The translations under genes and the position numbers were made by a program. Positions 51,219 to 63,450 of a DNA stretch of 63,615 nt are shown piece after piece (position 1 is the first letter of the stretch; every line of letters starts with the position of its first letter). The stretch spans positions 47,303,902-47,367,516 of the forward strand of contig NC_068992.1 in assembly GCF_001194135.2 (NCBI RefSeq), read 5' to 3'. Below the pieces are notes generated by a model. The model ran no database searches. It worked only from the letters and a program-made list of their open reading frames with translations, and was not told where the DNA came from. This DNA is from Octopus bimaculoides (Eukaryota).

Positions 51219-51824
51219 CGTGTGTGTTTGTGTGTGTAGAGAGAGAAGCAAACACAAGTGACAAAAATCAAAAACAACAAAATCGCCAGAGATTTTTAAA
51301 ATTAATATAAGTACGTTGATGCTCACAAGAGAATGTAAAGAGTAAAAGATATAACGTTTTGAACATAGTCCTTGTTCATATACTAAAGTAACGACTTGAA
51401 GATATTGTAAAGAGAAGAAGAAAAAAGGACATTATCAGGGAAATTTTGATAGGAGAGATTTACGAAATAGAGCATCCACTTAGAAAACCTGGCTGCAACT
51501 GACAGGGAACACAAGATGTAATCCTTATTGTCCTCTGAAAACATTGACTGTTTTCCTTATAAGGTGTTTAAAATGCAAAAGTATATTTTTATATATGTTT
51601 TAATTTTAATCTTATTTGAGAAATGAAAATATTGTTGGTTAATATGTTGATTAATTAATAAATTAATTTGTATCCATTAGATCTCTGTTATCTAACTCAA
51701 TAAACATGTCAAATATCTTAGGATATACTATATAATATATTCATTGAAGGATTATAGATTTAATATATTAAACCAGTGTATCTTGGATAAATGTCCCAAT
51801 AAGAGGTTTGAATATACCCATTGT

Positions 51825-51864
<40 letters not shown>

Positions 51865-52583
51865 AGAGAGAGAGAAAGAGAGAGAGTGTGAGAGAGAGAG
51901 AGAGAATGGGAGATATAGGCCATAGAATGTGAGACGTAATAAAGGAGAGCGATATATNNNNNNNNNNNNNNNNNNNNNNNNNNNNNNNNNNNNNNNNNNN
52001 NNNNNNNNNNNNNNNNNNNNNNNNNNNNNNNNNNNNNNNNNNNNNNNNNNNNNNNNNNNNNNNNNNNNNNNNNNNNNNNNNNNNNNNNNNNNNNNNNNNN
52101 NNNNNNNNNNNNNNNNNNNNNNNNNNNNNNNNNNNNNNNNNNNNNNNNNNNNNNNNNNNNNNNNNNNNNNNNNNNNNNNNNNNNNNNNNNNNNNNNNNNN
52201 NNNNNNNNNNNNNNNNNNNNNNNNNNNNNNNNNNNNNNNNNNNNNNNNNNNNNNNNNNNNNNNNNNNNNNNNNNNNNNNNNNNNNNNNNNNNNNNNNNNN
52301 NNNNNNNNNNNNNNNNNNNNNNNNNNNNNNNNNNNNNNNNNNNNNNNNNNNNNNNNNNNNNNNNNNNNNNNNNNNNNNNNNNNNNNNNNNNNNNNNNNNN
52401 NNNNNNNNNNNNNNNNNNNNNNNNNNNNNNNNNNNNNNNNNNNNNNNNNNNNNNNNNNNNNNNNNNNNNNNNNNNNNNNNNNNNNNNNNNNNNNNNNNNN
52501 NNNNNNNNNNNNNNNNNNNNNNNNNNNNNNNNNNNNNNNNNNNNNNNNNNNNNNNNNNNNNNNNNNNNNNNNNNNNNNNNNNN

Positions 52584-52627
<44 letters not shown>

Positions 52628-52854
52628 TACATACATATATTCATACATATATACATACCTACATGCATGCAGCCATACATACATGTATAAGCGTACTTAT
52701 GCTTATATACGTAAGGAAATAGTACATGTGTGTGCATTTATGATGGCACATAAATATGAAAGTGCATTAGTGTGTATCTAAAATGTTAGGGGACTGGGTG
52801 AACATGTAGGTGCCAGAAATATATATACATATACACAGATGATAGATATGTGTA

Positions 52855-52897
<43 letters not shown>

Positions 52898-53792
52898 NNN
52901 NNNNNNNNNNNNNNNNNNNNNNNNNNNNNNNNNNNNNNNNNNNNNNNNNNNNNNNNNNNNNNNNNNNNNNNNNNNNNNNNNNNNNNNNNNNNNNNNNNNN
53001 NNNNNNNNNNNNNNNNNNNNNNNNNNNNNNNNNNNNNNNNNNNNNNNNNNNNNNNNNNNNNNNNNNNNNNNNNNNNNNNNNNNNNNNNNNNNNNNNNNNN
53101 NNNNNNNNNNNNNNNNNNNNNNNNNNNNNNNNNNNNNNNNNNNNNNNNNNNNNNNNNNNNNNNNNNNNNNNNNNNNNNNNNNNNNNNNNNNNNNNNNNNN
53201 NNNNNNNNNNNNNNNNNNNNNNNNNNNNNNNNNNNNNNNNNNNNNNNNNNNNNNNNNNNNNNNNNNNNNNNNNNNNNNNNNNNNNNNNNNNNNNNNNNNN
53301 NNNNNNNNNNNNNNNNNNNNNNNNNNNNNNNNNNATATATATATATATATATATGTATATATTCACATATGTGAAGGGGTGTGCACATATGCGTGTATGT
53401 CGTTAAGACCAGTCATTAATTTAAACATCTTCATTCTTCAAGGCTACTTCTCTGAATAGCAGCCAAATTTTACTCAGTCCATTAACAAGCACCATTGTAT
53501 TGTTGCTGACTTTTATTAGGATGATAAATCATTTCACAGCCAATACTCAATGAGATTGAACAGTTTCACATCGCTTCTTCACTTTGAACTCTGTTATCTT
53601 CGCAATATTGCGAAGCTTAGGCACATGGTTCTTCTCTTGGATAACAAGTAGATATAATAAAGCAAAGTTATTTTATACGAGTCAACTCTTATGATTATTA
53701 ACCATTATTTACATTATTATTACTACGTTTATTATTATTGCTATTACTAAGGCGATTATTATAATTATTATCATCGTCGTCGTCGTCGTCAT

Positions 53793-53824
<32 letters not shown>

Positions 53825-53949
53825 TCATCATCATTATTATTATTAGTATCGTTAGTATTATTTGGGCGTGGATTGGTTGAGTTGTTAGAGTCCGAAGAAT
53901 GTTTTGCAGAACTTATTTTGCCTCCTATTCCTTTCCAAGAAGAGTTAAA

Positions 53950-54150
53950 CAGGCAGAATCTTTAGTGCGTCGAGCAAAATGTTTTATATCATTTCTTCCG
54001 GCTCTTTACGTTCTCAGGTTAAATAACGCAGAAGAGATTTGTGTCTTTCTTTTTCTCTAGGGCAATAAAAGTACCGGTCAAGTACTGAGGTCGAAGTAAT
54101 CACCCTCAAAATGCTGGACTTGCGCCAGAATTAGAAAAAATTATTATTGC
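53950..54150 (+). mobile_element. SINE family B, decayed
   Basis: ggcagaatctttagtgcgtcgagcaaaatg...tttacgttctcagg...aagtactgaggtcgaagtaatc. Confidence 0.6.
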
Positions 54151-54537
54151 TGTCGTTTTGTTATTAATGCTCTTCTTGTTAGATTTCAGTCCCAGTCACA
54201 TAGTCACGTTTTATTGGGGAGGTTTGATGGCAAAATGGTTAGAGCGGCACCTTAAGCCATTTAATGTATCATGTTTCCTGACAACTATCTGTCAATACCT
54301 TTCATCTGTTCGACATCAATAAAATAATGTATTAGTCAAGTACTGAGGGACTCAGAATGTACAGGGATATAACGAAATACTCTGAGACAGTTATTGTTGA
54401 ACGTATTTTTGATTCTGTAGCCAGTGTCCAGCCAATGCCCAGCCAATGCCCCGTGACTATGTCAAAGATTAAAGTTTTCTGGCAATGAAATTTAACAAAC
54501 AGCAACAGCGACCAAAATAATAATACCAATTATTTCT

Positions 54538-54800
54538 TATTTCTTTATTGCCCACAAGACGAAATACCTATTTCTTTACTGCCCACAAGAGGCTACACGC
54601 AGAGGGGACAAACAAGGACAGACAAACGGATTAAGGCGATTATATCGACTCCAGTGCGTAACTGGTACTTATTTAATCGACCCCGAAAGGATGAAAGGCA
54701 AAGTCGACCTCGGCGGAATTTGAACTCAGAACATAGCGACAGACGTAATACCGCTAAGCATTTCGCCCGGCGTGCTAACGTTTCTGCCAGCTCGCCGCCT
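54538..54800 (-). mobile_element. Young full-length SINE family B with perfect 15-bp TSD and duplicated 3' end
   Basis: TSD ATACCAATTATTTCT at 54523-54537 and 54801-54815; head aggcggcgagctggcagaaacg; B box gagttcaaattcc. Confidence 0.95.
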
Positions 54801-54815
54801 ATACCAATTATTTCT

Positions 54816-55015
54816 ATGCGAGTCGGGAAATTCGTTAAGATGCTGAGTAAAATGCTTTGCAGTATTTCGTCCTTCTTTACGTTCTGAGTTCAAATTCCGC
54901 CGAAGTTGATTTGTCTTCATCTCTTTCGGTATACTAGATGATCACTGGGATCGATGAAATCGATTTACACTTTCCCCAATATTACTGGCCTTGTTCCAAA
55001 ATTTGACATCAATAT
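54816..55015 (+). mobile_element. SINE family B, head-to-head with the previous copy
   Basis: Shares the 23-nt gttctgagttcaaattccgccga with the reverse complement of 54538-54800. Confidence 0.8.
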
Positions 55016-55019
55016 TAGA

Positions 55020-55250
55020 AAAGGCCACGTATTTGAGGGATGGGTGGAGAGGCACAATTGATTAAATCGCTCACCATTTTTGAAGGGTTTATAGTCAGAT
55101 AAAGTGATTTCCGGTATTTACCCAAAACTATATGTCATCAACCCCAGGAGGATGAAAGACAAAATGGAACAGAGTGGAATTTGAATTAGAATGCAAAAGG
55201 TAGAAATCTTGCAAGGTATTTTAGGTGACGATTTAACGACTCGTGCTTGT
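55020..55250 (-). mobile_element. SINE family B, decayed, tail-to-tail with the previous copy
   Basis: atcaaccccaggaggatgaaagacaaa...ggaatttgaattagaatg. Confidence 0.55.
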
Positions 55251-55654
55251 TTATTATGTTTGTTTATTATATCTAACGTAACGGCTAGACATTGATTGAA
55301 AATTGTTTGAAACGACAGAATTTAATATATTTGTGCAATCTCTGGAATCTTAAGAAATTGGTGAGGCTGTACTTTGGAAACGATAATAACAAAATCTGAA
55401 AAAGTCACGCGGTTCAATCAGTCAGAAAATAGCGAGAATATCTTTTATCTTTGATACGCCTCCTTTGATAGATTGATCAATGAATAGCCAGAGGAAGTGA
55501 AATAACTCATGAATATGTTAATAAGTAGTGGCAAGAAGTGCATGAGGAGGTAATTGTACTGAGTTGTACATTACGGGGGGAAAGAGCAGAATTTATCAGC
55601 GTGAGAAGCTGAAAGAAAGGATTGTGATATGAGTAACGTATGTGGAAAAGTGCC

Positions 55655-55800
55655 TATTGTTGTTTAGACCTTGATCGACCCTGTTTGAGAACTATAATTA
55701 AAGGCATTGTATCTATGACCACCATGTCTTTTTCCTATGTGCAGGGATCTCAGGAACACATTATCCTACGTGTTTATTTCTAGGCGGCTAAGATGAGAAG
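55655..55800 (-). mobile_element. Family D repeat
   Basis: gttgtttagaccttgatcgaccctg...aaaggcatt...atgacca, related to 57361-57850 and 32245-32410. Confidence 0.5.
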
Positions 55801-56072
55801 AAGGTTTTCGTATCACTTGAAGGAAAAGCTAGTAGTGTAGTGTGGGTTGAGTAGACGGACAAACCCAAACTCAAACACGCACAGAGTCAAAAAGCCGTTG
55901 CATGAGGTCAGACCTTTATCACACTTATCTCTCCATCTTCTACAGCAATCAAACTTCTTGACTCCCTACCTCATGAATTTTTTTAATATCTCTTTTCATT
56001 CTCAGTTCAAAAAGTCGATCCTGAGTCTGCTTTTCTTTCTTTTCCCTCTAAAATAAAATGAAACAACAATGT

Positions 56073-56330
56073 GTGTAGGCATGGCTGTGTGGTTAACAAT
56101 TTCGTTTTTCACCCATGTGAGCAAGTGTTTTCCATGGGCCGACCAATGCCTTGTGAATGAATTTGATAGTTGGAAACTGCATGGAGGCCCGTCGTGTATA
56201 TGTATACGTTTGTGCTTGTCTATGTATGAGTGTACCTTTGTCATTGTGATACCCACCACCACCAACATTTGGCAGTAGTCGATTGATTTATGTCCTTGTA
56301 GCGTAGCGGTTCACTGATAGAGTACGCACC
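56073..56330 (+). mobile_element. SINE family A, internally deleted
   Basis: ggcatggctgtgtggtt...gggccgaccaatgccttgtgaatgaatttgatagttggaaactgcatggaggcccgtcgtgtat. Confidence 0.6.
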
Positions 56331-56869
56331 AGATAGTATAACTAACTGAAATGTTCTCTTTTCATCTCTCTCTCTCCATCTCTTAATTCCTCTCTTTTTC
56401 TCCCTACATCATACTCTCTGTCTTCATCTCTCTATGTCTCTCCTTCTATTTCTCTCTGTCTTTCTTCGTCTCTCTCGTTCTCTCATTTTCTCGATTACTC
56501 TCATCTCTAATCATCTATATTAACGGTGCTGCTTATTATACTGTTTGGATCTCCATCGGTTTCAACGATGAATCTTTCACTTTTTCGATCTTTTCAACGA
56601 TCAGTGTTTCCTTTATGCAGTAAAATGTAGTGATAATGTGATTCATAGATATGATCAATAGGATACATTATGATATGACTGACCCTTAAATATTCCATTC
56701 AAAAAAGCTTAGATCTACCCAAGAATGTAGCAAAAGACACTGAAGATAACAGGCAGTAGAATCGATTAGAAATAAATCGAAGCGCAACGTGCTATAGTCT
56801 ATACCACAGTCATTCAGTACGAGTTATATAATAATAATGATGATGATCATGATCATGATCATGATTTTA

Positions 56870-57058
56870 CACAAATTTTCGAACAAGGCCAGCAATTTGG
56901 GGTGAAGTCGATTACATCGATTCCACTACTCAAATGGTACTTATTCTATCGACCCCGAGAGGATGAAAGGCAAAGTCGACCTCGGCGGAATTTGAGCTTC
57001 GAATCGAAAGACGGACAAAATGCCGCTAAACATTTTGCCCGGTGTGTTAACGTCGGGC
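56870..57058 (-). mobile_element. SINE family B
   Basis: atcgaccccgagaggatgaaaggcaaagtcgacctcggcggaatttga nearly identical to 54675-54724. Confidence 0.85.
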
Positions 57059-57360
57059 ACTTTTCATTTTTATAATAATAATAATTTCCTTTATCAAATG
57101 ACAATAGAAAAAAATTGATAGAGACGCAAAAAACATCATGCAGAACTGTTCATTTATTCGGTATTTATTATGGATAGGATAATAGGACATTTTTCTGGCG
57201 ACTTTCATTTGACTGTCTGGGTCTATCATCACGGTTTTATAATTGAATGTCAAATAGTTCCTCGTTAAATATTCTAAATATTTCTTTCTTTCTTTCTTTA
57301 AATAAATGATTAGCATACTTGTCCCCACTAGCTATACATTCAGACACTGATGTTGTTTGG

Positions 57361-57850
57361 TATTGTTGTGGTTGTTGTTACTGTTTAGCCCAAGGTCAAT
57401 GCTGGGCCAGCAAATTTATATTAACAAAAACACGACAGCCGTTATAATAACTACATTTTTGAGATACACATAGATCTACCATAATATTATCAGATATGCT
57501 CTTGAGGTTAATAAGACGGTAATATGTCGTATGAGTATGATCCAGATACTATTTTCAGCAGGTTGGATAAGCAGCTAAAGGCTTCATCGCTAGCTCTGTG
57601 TGGTTGAGCCGTAGTTATTGCTGTTATTGTTCTCGTTTAATACGTGATCAGCTATGATTCAGCAGATGTATTATCAAAGGCGGTGCAGCCATAACCAACC
57701 TGTTATTTTGTATCTCAAGAACTTAGTTGTTAATATATCTTGGTTTATAAATGACAATAGCGTGAGATTTGAGGATTTTTTTTTTCTTATTTTGTATGGC
57801 TTTTCTAAGCCAGTTGACCGACCACTTAAGAGTCCCCTACGTTCGTTTCT
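57361..57850 (-). mobile_element. Two tandem family D copies
   Basis: Each begins on + with a GTT-rich tract (the (AAC)n tail) and ends with tttcagcaggttggataagc or tttctaagccagttgaccgacc. Confidence 0.5.
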
Positions 57851-58553
57851 AGCAGCTATAGCAGTTCTTAGCCTCGGAACATCCAGGATCACAGGTAGTG
57901 CAGCCGTAATAATGTAACTCGGAGAATTTCCTTAGTTTGTTTGTATTCAGTAGCAAATTTTAACATATACATGTTGCATTTTCTTTGAATAGTGCAGCAG
58001 TCTGTCTCAACTACCCATGGGATCAGCTACTTGTATCTCTTTGCAGGACAAAGGGTCAAAATGAAGTTAAAAGTTCAAGGAATACTACACTTGTCTTTAA
58101 ATTTTTTTTTATTTGTTTTGATTTTCTAATGCCAACGAAAACTCTGTCACACAGGAATACTCATCATACATATATAGAAGGATAGGGGATATTTTAGGTT
58201 GACTGATAAAGAGTGAAAGACAGATGTAATGAAGAAAATAACAGTTGTATGAATGAGTGTATCTCATTGTTGACAATCAGTATGTGCTGGGATAATAAGA
58301 TAATCAGAGGGGAAAAGGGGTAGCGTTAGTAGGTTGTAAATGAGATAAGACAAATGAAGCCATCTATGTGTAGACTGTCTACTGTGTAAGTGGAGGGGAG
58401 AAGGTAAGCATCAACAGGTTATAATGGTATTAGCTATAAAATATTAAGATATAAAAATATTAAAACATTACTGGAAGTACAAGTTTATTAGGAGAAATGA
58501 AATATACACACGCACACATATATACGCTCATAAATATATAATACGTACACACA

Positions 58554-58598
<45 letters not shown>

Positions 58599-58744
58599 CT
58601 TTGGATATAATCAGAAAGATAGGGTTCGGGTATACAGGGGAACTAGAAAGAAGTTAGAGAGCGTTATATGTACTGAAACCAGTGGTACCTGCCCTAGATG
58701 TTGCAGTAATGACTGGAATGTGATACAAAGAGTTTGTGACAAAA

Positions 58745-58895
58745 CCGACAAATATCAAGGAGTGATGTTTGTAGAGACCACAACCCATGGGGAACTAGCC
58801 CGAAGATGTAGGAAAGCTCTGAAGGAGGCCAATCTTAATATTAAGATCGTTGAAAAGCCAGGGAGCTCCATCAGATCACAGCTATGTAGGACGTT
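58745..58895 (+). pseudogene. Penelope-like retroelement ORF fragment (linker upstream of the GIY-YIG endonuclease)
   Basis: YQGVMFVETTTHGELARRCRKALKEANLNIKIVEKPGSSIRSQLCR resembles the PLE motif VxFVxxTPxGELAxRxRxxL...IKVVEKxGxxIKxxL (recalled family knowledge). Confidence 0.55.
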
Positions 58896-59245
58896 CTCCT
58901 ATGAGAATACCACGCTCGTGCGTCTGTGTATGTGGGAGTGTGTAAGTGTGCGCGTGAGATCATTGGGAGACTGGAAAATACTGGTTGCTACAACGAACAG
59001 AAACAATTACGAGAAATTTATTTAATATATTACGGAGATGTACTTGCATAGCACGTGACCTGATCTGAGATCGTATGCTGGAACGAAAACAATTGCAGCG
59101 TGGAAGGTGTTTATAAGCCATTTAAAATAACACACAAAAACCGTTAGATTCACTTCAAAATTTTAATTTAAATTGTGAAAATATTTTCGTCGCTTTGAGA
59201 CCGCGACCTGTTACTGACAAAATTCCGTGCTGCATCTCTGTGTAT
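58895..59245 (-). repeat. Dispersed repeat, longer copy of the family at 35712-35980
   Basis: Reverse-complement identity to 35712-35927. Confidence 0.85.
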
Positions 59246-61009
59246 ATATCTATAATATAAATTCAAGTTGGCCGAGTGTTGCATTCTTTCTTGTCTTGAG
59301 GTTCACGGCCAAACAGCTGGGTAGATTCGCGTGAAAAATGGCACACATATGGAGACGGGTGCATAGATTGGAACGCGCTTTCTATTGTTTTCTTAGCCCC
59401 CCATACTTACTGAGAAAATAGATTAAAACAACCTGCGTGCGTGTATGTAAGTGTGTGTCACTGAAGCCATTCCTACATATATAAACAATAAATAAATAAA
59501 CTGAATGATAGATTTCATTTATCTCTCTCTCGTTCTTTCTTTCTTTCTCTCTTTCTTTCTTTCTCTCTCTCTTTCTTTCTTTCTCTCTCTCTCTCTCTCT
59601 CATATACACATACACCATCAACACTACTCTCTCTGTCGCTCACACCCCATTAAACATACACACTCACACACACACAGACATACGCACGCACATCAATTCT
59701 CCCCTCTCACCACAACTTCAAAAGAAGTTCAGTCATAAAACTCGCCATGTATTTTCATTCGCCGGCCACTTCAAAAGATCGCCTTTCCTTTTCACTTGTC
59801 CAGCCATTGATCGACAGATAAAACAAACCAACTCCTGCTACCTCGGATTTGCCTTGATACTTCAACAATGGAACTGCGAACGGATATTGTTTACTAAGGA
59901 TTTCATTAAACTCTTCAGCTACGGGACTAACAACCAATATTACAGTTCTTCTTTGGAAATTCCTTATTTATTCAACGATTTGGTAACTGCTGATAATTTG
60001 TTTAAGGATATTCTTTCTTTATTTCTCTCCCTCCGATGATGGAATACTTAGCTTACATGGAAATCCTTGATCAATAGCACTTGATCCACATGCTTGGCTA
60101 TTCTAGAAACAGCTGTGTGAGTCTTTACATATTTACTATAACTACACTACACTATGGCTAAATTATAAATTATGAATTAAAGGTTCTAAATTGATAGTAC
60201 ATGTTTTGCTTGTCCACTTTTTCTAATACATATATATAGACATAATACATACGTATAGCTATGTGCAATTTTCGAGCTCCATATCCAGGAGCAAGTTAAA
60301 CGCTATAGAATTCCTAAATGGTAGTCCTTGTCATTTGGAAGAGAAAACAATCAGAAAAGTAACTGTAAATCTAAAAAAGCAAAATGATATTTCCTGTTGC
60401 TTCTCTTCCGTAGAAGTATAACTTACTTAAAGATTATTGCTAATCTGATGATTAAACAACCATAAGGTGGCCGTATATGATTGGCATTATATCCTGTTGT
60501 AGCCTTTTAATCGTCAATCTACGTTATTTCTCTACTGTAATTAACTAGTGAGCTCTCTGAAGCCAAATCTTATCATATAAACCACACTAATCCATATCAA
60601 AATAAATGTATTATGTCAATTCCAACCTATTGCATTGCTATTCCTCTTCTATTCTATTTCATTAGATTCTATTCTGGAAGTCATTATAACTTACAGAGAC
60701 TCATTCATCATATTTTGCAATTCTAATTAAGGAAATCAGTAGCAATCCTGTGATTTCTTCATCCGAATGACTTTCCGAATGACTTCCACAATTGGAAGAT
60801 CCGTATTCTTTTACAGACACCCCGTCAACAGCAGGATCGAATAAAAACCTACTATGTTTAGAAGAATGTTTCTTTGGGCTGACATTCAGAAAGAAAGAGG
60901 GGAATCGAGAGATGTGGCAGATACGAAGAGGGCGAAATAAATATGCGGTTGCAACCTCCTTTCGGCACACATTGAGCCAACCCAAGTATGCTGGGAAATG
61001 GTGTTTGTG

Positions 61010-61200
61010 TTGTACTTGTCTCAACTACTACTTGATAACCGATGTTGGTTTCTTTCCGTCTCCGTAACTTAGGGTCCAGCAAAAGAGACAGATAAAATAA
61101 GTACAGGACTTAAAACAAGTACTGGGTTCGATCTTCTCAGCTAAACCTGTCAAGGCAATGCTGTAGCATGGCCGCTGTCCCGTGACTGAAAGAAGTGAAA
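61010..61200 (+). mobile_element. SINE family A 3' half
   Basis: ttgataaccgatgttggt...ccgtaacttag...gcaaaagagacagataaaataagtac...gcatggccgc...tgactgaaagaagtgaaa. Confidence 0.75.
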
Positions 61201-61497
61201 ATTATAAAGATTAGATATAAATACAAAAATAAACAAAAACTGAGTGTCACATCATTCGCTATAAAAATATAACAGTCTAAGCAACTGTTTTATAAACCAT
61301 GAGGTTAGGATGGAGTCCGACGTTGGCAATACAGACTCAGTAACAGAACATAATGATAGCGCTTGTACAAATAGATTATCTAAACATGTCTTCAATGAGA
61401 GTTGCTCTCTTCCTCTCCCTCATTTCCTCATCCTCTCTATCTCTCTCCCTCACTTCCTTTTCTCCCTCTCTCCATTTCACTTCCTTTTTCCATTTGT

Positions 61498-61895
61498 TGG
61501 TGCACGCATGGCTGTATGGTCAGATGTCCACTTCCTAAACATGGTTTCTAATTTAGTCCCACTACGTTGCACATTTGTCAAGTGCCTTCTACTATAGCTC
61601 CGCGTCAATTGTAGCCTTATGAGTAAATTTGGTCGACAGAAACTGTGTAGAAGCTTGTCTTGTATAAATTCATATGTGTGTGTGTCTGACTTTTGCTTGT
61701 TTCCTTAGCTGTGCTCCACTCACTGCTTTTTCGCCTATTTACGTCACCGTAACATAGCGGTTCAGGAAAAGGGACAAGTAGAATAAGTAATAGGTCCTGA
61801 AAATAAATACTGTGGTCGATTTATTTGACTAAAACCCTTCAAGGTGGAGCCCTACCAAGGATGCAGTCTATTGACTGAAACAAGTAAAAGATAAA
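61498..61895 (+). mobile_element. Full-length decayed SINE family A
   Basis: Head gcatggctgtatggtc, middle gtgccttctactatagc, tail gcagtctattgactgaaacaagtaaaagataaaag. Confidence 0.75.
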
Positions 61896-61917
61896 AGGTA
61901 AAGCAGATAGAGATCAA

Positions 61918-61938
61918 TAGACAGACGGACAGACAGAC

Positions 61939-62002
<64 letters not shown>
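61918..62002. repeat. (GACA)n(GATA)n microsatellite
   Basis: Direct reading. Confidence 0.95.
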
Positions 62003-62019
62003 TTCAAAGGCAATCTCGA

Positions 62020-62245
62020 ATTTATAACATCTACAAGCTGGTCACAGAACCAATAAGGATGTATCCACTTGGTTACAGAACGGATGAGGATGCATTGTGC
62101 TAAGTAAAACAACCCAAATCTCTCTCAACTCACAGCCTCACGTCTTAACAAAAATGGAAACATTACATTACCCAACCAAGTAACTGATATAGAAAAACGT
62201 TAGAACGCAATTTATAGTTTGACCATTCAATCAGGGCTGATAGAT
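62020..62245 (+). mobile_element. Family D repeat, decayed
   Basis: acccaaatctctctcaactcac and tttgaccattcaatcagggctga motifs shared with other family D copies. Confidence 0.4.
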
Positions 62246-62731
62246 ATATCCCGCTTTGGCAACTTAGGAATCACCATTTTGATCCAGTTGGGTTTTACTC
62301 AACTCGAACATCTGTTTTCTCAATCATATTGTTGAAATAGCAATCAATATTCAGACTCAGCGGTCTCGTGGTATAGTTTTGACAATAAATATTGGATAAA
62401 AATTTAATATTGCATAACACACCTCAGATTTGAATTAGTTAATTCTATATAAAAGTATATTTCGAGCCACATTTCTAAATATTTTTACAGTTATAATCAC
62501 TAGAGAATACAAGTTTCATAAGTTCGGACCGTTAATTAATTTATGTTCCTGGATGTGCTGTGTAATTTCTCTCCTACATGAAGGAAATTTAATAAGGTTC
62601 TATAAAGCATATGACTATATTAATAATGTATAGGTGAATCTATTTGTAGCCTTACTATCAAATAATTAATTTTAAATAAATTCTATGAATATATATAGGT
62701 TTGTGTGAGTACGTATGCGTGTGTAAATTTC

Positions 62732-62775
<44 letters not shown>

Positions 62776-63158
62776 CGTGATACATATATGTATGTATCTA
62801 TATATGTATATCTATATATGTATATATAGACACATGTGTCTGTATATGCATAAATACATATATATAGATACACAAACGCAGATTATGTTCTTCATATGAG
62901 AGACAGGCGTTAAATGTTGAAAGTAACTAACGTAAAGGGGAAAAGAAACGCGAGTAAAAGGCAAAACAGAGGATAAAGAAAAGAATAAGGAATAGAAATA
63001 CTAACCAATCGAATAATTTTCAACAGATGCATTGGAACTGTGACAGTGATTAGGCCGCAGAAGTACTATAAAACTTTGTCACGTGTCATATATGAATAAT
63101 CGGGAGTTCAGTACCTTAACCATTGGCCTACGTGCCTTCACATATACGTAGGCACGTA

Positions 63159-63256
<98 letters not shown>

Positions 63257-63261
63257 CTTTT

Positions 63262-63450
63262 ATTTATTTTACTTGTTTCATTTGACTGCGGCTTTGCTGG
63301 AGCACTGCTTTTAGTCGAACAAATCGACCCCAGGACTTATCGTTTTTAAGCTTAGTACTTATTTTATCGGGGTTTTTTTTGCCGAACCGCTTGGTTACGG
63401 GGATGTAAACACCAACATCGGTTGTCAAGCGATGGTGGGGAGACAAACAA
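63262..63450 (-). mobile_element. SINE family A 3' half
   Basis: tttacttgtttcatttgactgcggc...gctggagcac...tagtcgaacaaatcgaccccaggacttat...gccgaaccgc...ggggatgtaaacaccaacatcggttgtcaagcgatggtgggg. Confidence 0.9.

Larger units (their letters stand above)
1218..53334. other. 16 assembly gaps (N runs): 1218-1355, 3046-3404, 10140-10525, 13188-13569, 15019-15148, 17139-17508, 18367-18957, 20427-20436, 22927-22936, 28688-29156, 29841-29940, 33710-34390, 38420-39400, 45243-45363, 51958-52583, 52898-53334
   Basis: Direct reading of N runs; most are flanked by (TA)n or other microsatellites. Confidence 0.98.

Noticed and set aside
59755-59937. Protein-like minus ORF VVSPVAEEFNEILSKQYPF...
   Set aside because: Short, no clear splice sites, only vague resemblance to decayed LINE sequence.
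60701-61082. Overlapping ORFs on both strands (91, 107 and 74 aa)
   Set aside because: The part beyond ~61010 is a SINE family A fragment; the rest has no recognisable domain.
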